Below are positions 56,206 through 64,000 of a stretch of DNA of 64,000 nucleotides, in pieces; positions within the stretch are counted from its first letter, which is position 1, and each line of letters begins with the position of its first letter. This DNA comes from Octopus vulgaris. Taxonomy: Eukaryota. The stretch lies in assembly GCA_951406725.2 (NCBI GenBank), contig OX597825.1:4650001-4714000 (forward strand), written 5' to 3'. The notes under the pieces are model-generated. The model ran no database searches. It was not told the origin of the DNA and saw only the letters and a list, made by a program, of their open reading frames with translations. A program made the position numbers and the translations under genes.

Positions 56206-56673
56206 AATACATACAGACATACAGACATACATACATGTATTCACTCATTCAGGTATGTTTAATTATACGCGTTTATTATTGTAATACAAGTAGAGAGTGT
56301 GTAATTCTTCTTTATATTAGAGGTATGCGGGCGCTGAACATATAAGAGTATATAGGAGCGCTATACGTGTGTATATGTGTGTATGTGTGTGTTTGTGCGT
56401 GGTTTGTGTGATCTGTGTATGTTTTATATGTGTGTTGTTTTTGTGTGTGTGCGTATATTGTGCATTGTGTATTGTATGTGATTGTTTATGAAGACGTGCG
56501 TGAAATATCGGTGCGTGTTCCCTTAAGAGATGGTTTTAATGAAGTGGTCAGCCATTTCACTGCAGACCATTACGAGAAGCGGTACTTAATGAGATACTTT
56601 TCAGAAATCAATAAACTTGCTACCTTAGTAGCAGCGGCACCAGCTGCAGCAGCAGCGATGGGAGCAGAAGCCG

Positions 56674-56674
56674 G

Positions 56675-56710
<36 letters not shown>

Positions 56711-56757
56711 CGACGACGACGATGACGATGCTGAGGAGGATGAAAACGACGATGATA

Positions 56758-56803
<46 letters not shown>

Positions 56804-56862
56804 CGATGCTGAGGAGGATGATAATGATGTTAATGATGATGATGATGATGACGACGACGACA

Positions 56863-56894
<32 letters not shown>

Positions 56895-57010
56895 GACGGT
56901 GGTGACGAGGATAATGAAGATTAAGATGATGGTGATACCGAAGATGACGATGATGATAACGACGGTGATGACAATAACGAGGAGGAGGAGGAGGAGGAGG
57001 AGGAGGAGAA
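56674..57010. repeat. (GAT)n/(GAG)n triplet tract
   Basis: Directly visible. Confidence 0.92.
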
Positions 57011-57299
57011 AGAGGGGGCGAACGAAGGTGAATAGTGAGAGATGTGAGGACGATGAAGTTTAGTTATTGGTTTGGTCGATGTTGATGACGAGGCGGATTT
57101 GAGTGTCCTTGGCGTAGAAACTGACATGCTGCATTAAATATATTTCTGCTAATTAGTGCTGCAGTGTATACTAATTAAGACGTAGTTAGCGAGGTGTCAT
57201 TACCTGCACACTTTCGCCAACTTACCAGCTTCTGAAAGAGTGATATATTGCAGCGTACGATCTGACAGGGTATTTAACGGGTTTATGGCCACAGGATGG

Positions 57300-57755
57300 A
57301 TTATCTCCTACAGAGATACATTAGGAAGCAACCTTTTAAGGTTTAAAGATTTCATGTAGTATTAATTATATAACGGCAGAATGGATTAGGTTTATCTTCC
57401 TAGAATTACATGGAGATTAATGTCGTAATAAATAAAGGGTACTAGAAAAGCATTAAGTTTGCCTACAGGAGGTTCAATAAGGGATTAGCTACTAACATTG
57501 TCTTTCGGATGTTATAGAACGGAAGGGAATTAGCTTTCACTGGCTTTCGTTGACATGGAGAAAGCCTTCGACAGGGTCCCCCGATCCCTTATCTGGTGGT
57601 AATGATGAAACTAGGGATAGATGAATGGCTAGTGAGAGCTGTGCGAGCCATGTACAGGGACGCTGTTAGTAAGGTGAGGGTTGTCAACAAGTACAGTGAA
57701 GAATTCCGGGTGGAGGTAGGGGTCCACCAACATACTTACAAGTATACATTCATAT

Positions 57756-57808
<53 letters not shown>

Positions 57809-57869
57809 AATATATGTGCATATGAATGTATACGCGTATGTATGTATGTATGTATATACATATATATAC

Positions 57870-57942
<73 letters not shown>

Positions 57943-58650
57943 TGTATGTATGTATATGTATCGGATGAAAATTTACAGTACATAAGGTTAGTATTAGAAT
58001 TAATGTGAAGACAGTTGTGCGCTATTATGGCTATTCAAGATGCCATTTTATTGTAAGATCAGGTTTTAATTCAAAGTGCTAGTTAATGAAATGCCTGTAT
58101 CGAACTGGTGTTCATTACACTGTTTGTTTAATGCTTTAGCACGATACAATTATATCAAGGGTTTTTGCGAGCGCGAATATTTCAGAATAATTTTGACTGT
58201 TAGTAAAAATTGTTCTAGCATAACAGATGCTATAGAATATTGCTAGGCAAGATATTGAGTTTTCAGATACCAAACGTAGATTGCATGACAAGTGGGGGAT
58301 ATTCTGTCTAAACTTCTGAAAGTGTTATATAAGTTTTAATAGCCTTGCAGTTAAGCAGATATTTCTGCTATTCGGGGTTAACGTTAGGTTTTACGTTAGA
58401 GTGGTTTGAATAGGAATAGTTTTTTCAAAGTAGTTACCATTGAATGGAAACAAGATACGTAATTGGCTGTATTATTTCGGTTATCAGGAATCGAATTATT
58501 TCTTTTTGCCTTATTAGTGTGTGATATGGTGTTAGCGAACTTTCCTAATGTGCAATACCTGGGTTTTAAGTGAATTTTGGTTGAAGTATATTTTTTAAAT
58601 ATGTCACGCAGGAAAATGTATTCGAGCAAGCAAAATGCAGGATTATTTCT
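57300..58650 (-). mobile_element. Decayed relic, possibly the N-terminal part of a Penelope-like ORF, interrupted by an RTE fragment and microsatellite
   Basis: Fragmentary minus-strand peptides in the expected order: AEISA.LQG (cf. E.S.L.KGL), KPDLTIK (pre-DKG region), FYNIRK..NPLL (cf. FY.LPK..RPI). Weak. Confidence 0.3.
57540..57730 (+). mobile_element. RTE-clade LINE reverse-transcriptase fragment
   Basis: [20 protein letters not shown]...[25 protein letters not shown]...[12 protein letters not shown]. Confidence 0.9.
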
Positions 58651-58969
58651 CAGAACAAGGAAAGGGCAATAATTGAAAAGAATGGATTACAACTTGTGAC
58701 ATTTCTTTAGGACTTTCGTTTAAAGGACTATTACATATTCCTTTATTCTTTACCATTTTTCCACCATTAAAATGCAGCCATGCTCGTCCCCACCTTCAAG
58801 GATTTAGTCAACTAAATCGAAACCAACACATTATCTAATTATTTTATCCAAAGCTTTCGCCGAAATCCTGCATTATATGGATGTATACGACCCAACACCG
58901 ATTGCCAATCGGTGAGAGGAAAAGTATAAAGACAAGCATACACATGGACACATATAATTGTATATATAC

Positions 58970-59010
<41 letters not shown>

Positions 59011-59060
59011 CATATATAAATATATAGGCATGTGTGCGATATACGAATATATATAATGCC

Positions 59061-59092
<32 letters not shown>

Positions 59093-59130
59093 TATATATA
59101 CGTATATATATATATATATGTATATATATG

Positions 59131-59187
<57 letters not shown>

Positions 59188-59207
59188 ATATTTCGGAATG
59201 GTCATAT

Positions 59208-59845
59208 TGCCAGTTTAGCCAATAAAAACACACGCACTATATATTTGGTGTTATTTTGCTTCAGTGATATTTATTTTTTACATTAATCTTAATCTTATTT
59301 CGGCCAAAGTTCTTTCGTCACACTCCTGTGACCGCATCAGTGGTCCTTTGTTTTCTTCTCACTTACTTGTGTCTCTCTTTACTAACCGTCAGCCATTTTG
59401 TATTTCTATTGTATGTCTTCATTTGCGCATGCTTATATCTCTATGTGCGTCTATGTTTATTTAGTGTGTGGGGGGGATGCCTGTAATATTTGTATCTTCT
59501 GGTTATATACATTCTTGTAATTTGTATTTTGTTTTTGTTGTTGTTGCTTTTGTTCTAATTTTATTCATGTGTTTACATCCACCCATTATTATCATTACAT
59601 ATGCTTGTATGTATGTATAACAACAATACTAGTAATAATAATAATAAATCTAATCGAGAAAAAAAAAAAAAGAATATACATATACATATATATATATATA
59701 CATACATATACATATACATATATATATATATATATATATACATATATACACACATATATACACATATACATATACATATATATACACATATACATATATA
59801 TAGATATTCATTTCTATTTCTTTAATTACCTGTGTATTTATTATG
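59208..59845 (-). repeat. pLTR / 3' UTR (left arm of inverted repeat)
   Basis: By eye it differs from 63358-64000 only by one substitution (CTCTTT vs CTCCTT) and A13 vs A17. Confidence 0.92.
59302..59346 (-). ncRNA. Hammerhead-like motif in pLTR, sense to the ORF (A9C core variant); mirror copy on plus at 63862-63906
   Basis: GGACCA-CTGATGC-G-GTCAC-aggagt-GTGAC-GAAAG-aa-CTT-TGGCC. Confidence 0.6.
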
Positions 59846-59864
59846 TTTGCAGGATCCACTATTG

Positions 59865-62800
59865 TCATATGTTGTGGTGTGCGCTATTGCTCCATTCTAG
59901 TTTTCTATTCAGGCTAGGTTTATTTTCTATTATATGTGTAGCTTCTGTAATTTGTCTAATTGTTGCATCTGTTCTATGTGTGGACAATATCTTAATCTCT
60001 ATGTTATTGATTGATCCCCCGTGTTCTTGTTCGGCGTGTTGGTACAGAATCGATGAGCTTTTACCTTCCTTGAGTTGTCTCCAATGTTCATTCACCCGCT
60101 CACCAATGCTTCTTGCAGTTTCCCCTACGTATGTTACTGTCTTGTTACTGCATCGTCCCTCTATACATCTTATACTATAGACCACATTTCTGGCTTTACA
60201 GTTCGTTTGTGGGCTAAATCTACATACAGTGCAATAGTTATCCGTACAGAGAGTTCTACTAAAAGGATAGGTTCTACCAATTATAGATCTGATAGGGTTG
60301 CCTGGCTTTTCAACAACCTTAATTCTTAGTTTAAGTTTATCTAGGGTCCTTCTAAAGCGGTACGCTAGTTCACCTCCAGGGGTGATGTCAACGAACATGA
60401 CACTCTGGTATTTATGGCTATCATACCAAGAGTTGGCCTTCCTTATTTTCTTTTTTGTCCTTTCTATAGTGTTCCATGACTTGTTCCTATAGAGTGGGCA
60501 AATCCCATTCCTATCATTACATAATATATTATCAAATTTCTTCATGGCTCCTTTGTATACTCTGATCCTTTCTTTATGGCTGTAACCTGAGAACTGCATG
60601 CGGTGAATGAAATACTGTATGTGTCTCTTTAATTCTGTAGGCTCGCACATGCGTGACACATTTCTCATTATTCTGACGAGGTCTGCCATCAAAATATTGA
60701 ATTTGGCATTGCCCGCAATGGCTGAGTTCCGGTGGATCAGGTATTTTGAGGCCATAGGTTTTGCATAGTATGAATGAAGGATTTGGGTTTTATTTTTCAC
60801 AATTTCTAGCCAGAGTTCAGTGTCTAGTACTGGTAGTCTATGGTTGGGGTGTTTAGTGGGGTAGTCTATTGTGACCTTAATACTCTGGTGGATGGAGTTA
60901 GCTATTTGCTGGATGCTCTCCATAGTATTAGTTTCTATTACTATATCAACAGTACTTTCTTGTGGGGGTGCCTTTACTACTATATTGATATCATCAACAT
61001 AGCGAGAGTACATGTTTACGAGTATGGATTTCTGCAGTAGGCATTCTTTAAGCCTTCTGTCCCACCATACCATGAAGAGGTTGGCCACATCACCAGCGAT
61101 ACTAACACCGATGGCTGCCCCCTCGTCCTGGGCATATATTTTATTATTAAATTTAAATGTGTGGCCTTTTAGGGTAACTCTTATACTAGCTCCTAGTGCA
61201 TGTGCGATCATTTTCTTTACCTGATGGACATTTGCGGGGCTCCGTATGGCTCTGGTCCATCCGCGCCATCTTTCTATATGTGTCTTCCTAGCCATAGAAG
61301 TAATTGTAGGCGGTCTACCTCTTAAACATCTACTGGGGCAGAAACTACTAAGATTATGTTTATCTAAGTATTCACTATTATATGTCAGTCTAAGTAGGAG
61401 GCCCAGTTCTTCTGTGTCGACATTACAGAACTCCACCTGGCTCTCGTTGATCATCTCCACGCACTTCTCCACTGCAAAATCTACGTCAATCGATGGGTAT
61501 AGGGATACCACATCCATGCTACCTACTATACATCCTGTCAAGTCACAAGTTTTGTTACAGTCACTGATCCTGCTTAGGAGATCTTCTGTGCTGTCACATA
61601 CATCAGGTGACATCCTGATTATAGGGCGTATGATCATTGAGAGGAAGTAGGAGATTCTGTAATTGCTAGCGATATTCGCTCCACAGACTGGTCTTGTTGG
61701 TGGTCCTGCTATAGGGTCAGTAAAACCTTTATGGTCCTTGCGAAGTCCATACAGTGCCGGGATATCATTGTTCCAGGCTTGGAAATTCTTTGCAGTACGT
61801 TTCTGAGGTCCCAGAACAATTGTCCACATCATCATGTGGGCATTGAGGACCTTTTCTCTCTCCTCATGCGCCTGTACAGTTGTTACTTTTGTATTGGTGA
61901 TATGAGGTTGCATTGCCTGGATGTAGTTCGGTAAGCTGTCTATTGACATCCTGCCAGACTTATCCGTGGGAAGGCATATCACCTCTCCGTTCCTCGTGCG
62001 CTGAATGAGCTTCTGTAGGCCACATGCAGGTTTAATCCCTAGTTGTTGGGCATCTGTCTTATTCTGTCTCTGTCTCTTAATGTATAAACCTAAAATCTGT
62101 CTAAGTTTGGTCCTAGCTATAGTGAACTGTGCTTCCATGTGGTCATTAGTACGTCTTGGGATGTATACCCTTTTGTTGAAGGGTAATGTTGTTGGATAAA
62201 TTCGGTTCATGCAGTAAGTTTTGTCGCATACGTTGAAGAATTGAGTGTCAAAGGGATGGGTATACATGTCAATGGTCTCTCTAGGGTTATCTTCATTATC
62301 GTTACTGTTTCCAACATCAGCCTTCCTATTATTATTATCACCATTACCACTACTACTACTACTACTAGTATTCCTATTACCACCACAACTATCACTACTA
62401 TCCTCATTACTACTTCTACTGTTACCATCACCACTACTACTACCACTATTATTGTTATTACCTTTATTCCTACCATTGCCATTATTACTATCATCGCTAG
62501 TGATATATTCATTGTTCCTGTTTCTGGTATATGTGTTGTTTATATTAGTGTTGGGTTTTATGTCTGTCTGTTGGTCCCTGTCAATCCCCCTGTTGCGGTC
62601 GTTATTTTTGTTCCTATGAGTATTGTTATCTGTTTCAAGTCCGCTGACTCCCTGTCCAAGGATCCTGTTGCATTCAACTTTATTCTCCATCGTGACCCCT
62701 ATGACACAACTTTTATTCGTGTTTTTGTGACTATGGCTATCTGTGTGTGTGTTTGTGTGTCGGTTCTCCCTATAATTGTTGTTGTTGTTGCTGTTGTATA

Positions 62801-63357
62801 CGATTTTTCTCTCTCTGTTTGTGTTTTTGTTTTTGTATCTATTGTTTGTGTCTATGCATACATTTTTTCTATTGTTATTGTTGTTGTCGCTGTTAGGGTT
62901 CGTGTTGTTGTTGTTGTTGTTGCCGCTGTTAGGGTTCGTGTTGCTTTTGTTGCTACGGTTGTTATTGTTGCGGTCATTATTGTTTGTGTTGTTGTTGCTG
63001 CGGTTAGTGTTTTTCGCGTTGTTGTTGTTGTCGCAAGTGTTGTTGTCATAGTATCTATTTAAATTCCAACGTATTTTTGTGAACGACTTTTCAATCTCGG
63101 ACAGGCATTTGATGGTATTCACTTTACTATACACTGCATACTTTGGTGGTAGTTGAAGTATCGATATTTCATCTGGGTCCGTTGTTACTCCCCCATAGAT
63201 GTTCGCTTCATTGTCTTTATTGAACTCTTCTGGTAGTAGCACATCTTCCATAATAATTCCATTTATTGTATCTGGATACTTCTGCTTTTCTTCCTTTGCG
63301 AGCTCATATTGACGTTTCTGTTTCAACCACGATAACTTCCTCTTAAAATGGATATTG
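59865..63357 (-). CDS. Penelope-like element polyprotein: reverse transcriptase + CX4CXXC linker + C-terminal GIY-YIG endonuclease (N-terminus truncated; first ATG at 63251)
   Basis: PTDKSG (DKG motif), [75 protein letters not shown]...[22 protein letters not shown]...PSLN. No internal stop. Confidence 0.95.
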
Positions 63358-64000
63358 CATAATAAATACACAGGTAATTAAAGAAATAGAAATGAATATC
63401 TATATATATGTATATGTGTATATATATGTATATGTATATGTGTATATATGTGTGTATATATGTATATATATATATATATATATATGTATATGTATATGTA
63501 TGTATATATATATATATGTATATGTATATTCTTTTTTTTTTTTTTTTTCTCGATTAGATTTATTATTATTATTACTAGTATTGTTGTTATACATACATAC
63601 AAGCATATGTAATGATAATAATGGGTGGATGTAAACACATGAATAAAATTAGAACAAAAGCAACAACAACAAAAACAAAATACAAATTACAAGAATGTAT
63701 ATAACCAGAAGATACAAATATTACAGGCATCCCCCCCCACACACTAAATAAACATAGACGCACATAGAGATATAAGCATGCGCAAATGAAGACATACAAT
63801 AGAAATACAAAATGGCTGACGGTTAGTAAGGAGAGACACAAGTAAGTGAGAAGAAAACAAAGGACCACTGATGCGGTCACAGGAGTGTGACGAAAGAACT
63901 TTGGCCGAAATAAGATTAAGATTAATGTAAAAAATAAATATCACTGAAGCAAAATAACACCAAATATATAGTGCGTGTGTTTTTATTGGCTAAACTGGCA
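63358..64000 (+). repeat. Inverted pLTR copy (right arm), continues past the window end
   Basis: Reverse complement of 59208-59845; it joins directly onto the open reading frame at 63357/63358. Confidence 0.92.

Larger units (their letters stand above)
59183..64000 (-). mobile_element. Young Penelope-like retroelement (probably Naiad-type), 5'-truncated with inverted pLTR; runs off the window
   Basis: The 3' end abuts (TA)n at 59182. It carries a long RT+GIY-YIG ORF, and 59208-59845 is the reverse complement of 63358-64000. Confidence 0.93.

Noticed and set aside
56415-57063. Poly-Asp / poly-Met ORFs (also poly-Glu/His ORFs at 34.2-35.3 kb)
   Set aside because: These are triplet microsatellites open in several frames, with no splice or domain support.
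59859-59867. Selenocysteine readthrough of the PLE ORF (stop is TGA; some Naiad elements encode selenoproteins)
   Set aside because: There is no internal in-frame TGA. The terminal TGA is followed by CAA TAG, so readthrough would add only two residues, and I recognised no SECIS.
63358-63371. Annotated start (MYLL...) of the 1168-aa ORF
   Set aside because: It is a GTG inside the inverted pLTR copy, so it is a junction artefact and not the native start.
59208-64000. DNA transposon or Polinton-like element with long TIRs
   Set aside because: The enclosed ORF is RT + GIY-YIG with no DDE transposase, and the repeat is the element's own 3' UTR inverted.

Overview
This is eukaryotic (animal) non-coding DNA, AT-rich and dense in microsatellites. 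Its tRNA-derived SINE families and repeat landscape resemble an octopus/coleoid cephalopod genome (inference). I found no host protein-coding exon, rRNA, real tRNA or CRISPR array. Almost all ORFs in the track are translations of (TA)n, (CA)n, (GATA)n, (TACA)n or triplet repeats. The real content is mobile DNA: a dead DD34D mariner, a DD37D fragment, a Tigger-like MITE, three SINE families, R4/Dong, RTE and CR1 LINE fragments, and many Penelope-like elements (PLEs). The main feature is a young PLE at about 59.2-64 kb. It has an uninterrupted ~1,160-codon RT + CX4CXXC + GIY-YIG frame (probably Naiad-type) with a ~260-aa Asn-rich insert, flanked by a near-perfect ~640-bp inverted repeat carrying a hammerhead-ribozyme (HHR)-like motif. 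At least six short non-coding fold-back units share this tails-outward geometry, several of them adjacent to (TA)n tracts, and each carries an HHR-like motif. Across these families the HHR core 3:8 pair covaries (C:G, U:A, G:C), and U4C and A9C variants occur. This suggests a diverse set of non-canonical ribozymes in a microsatellite-associated retroelement system. All folding and alignment here was done by eye.
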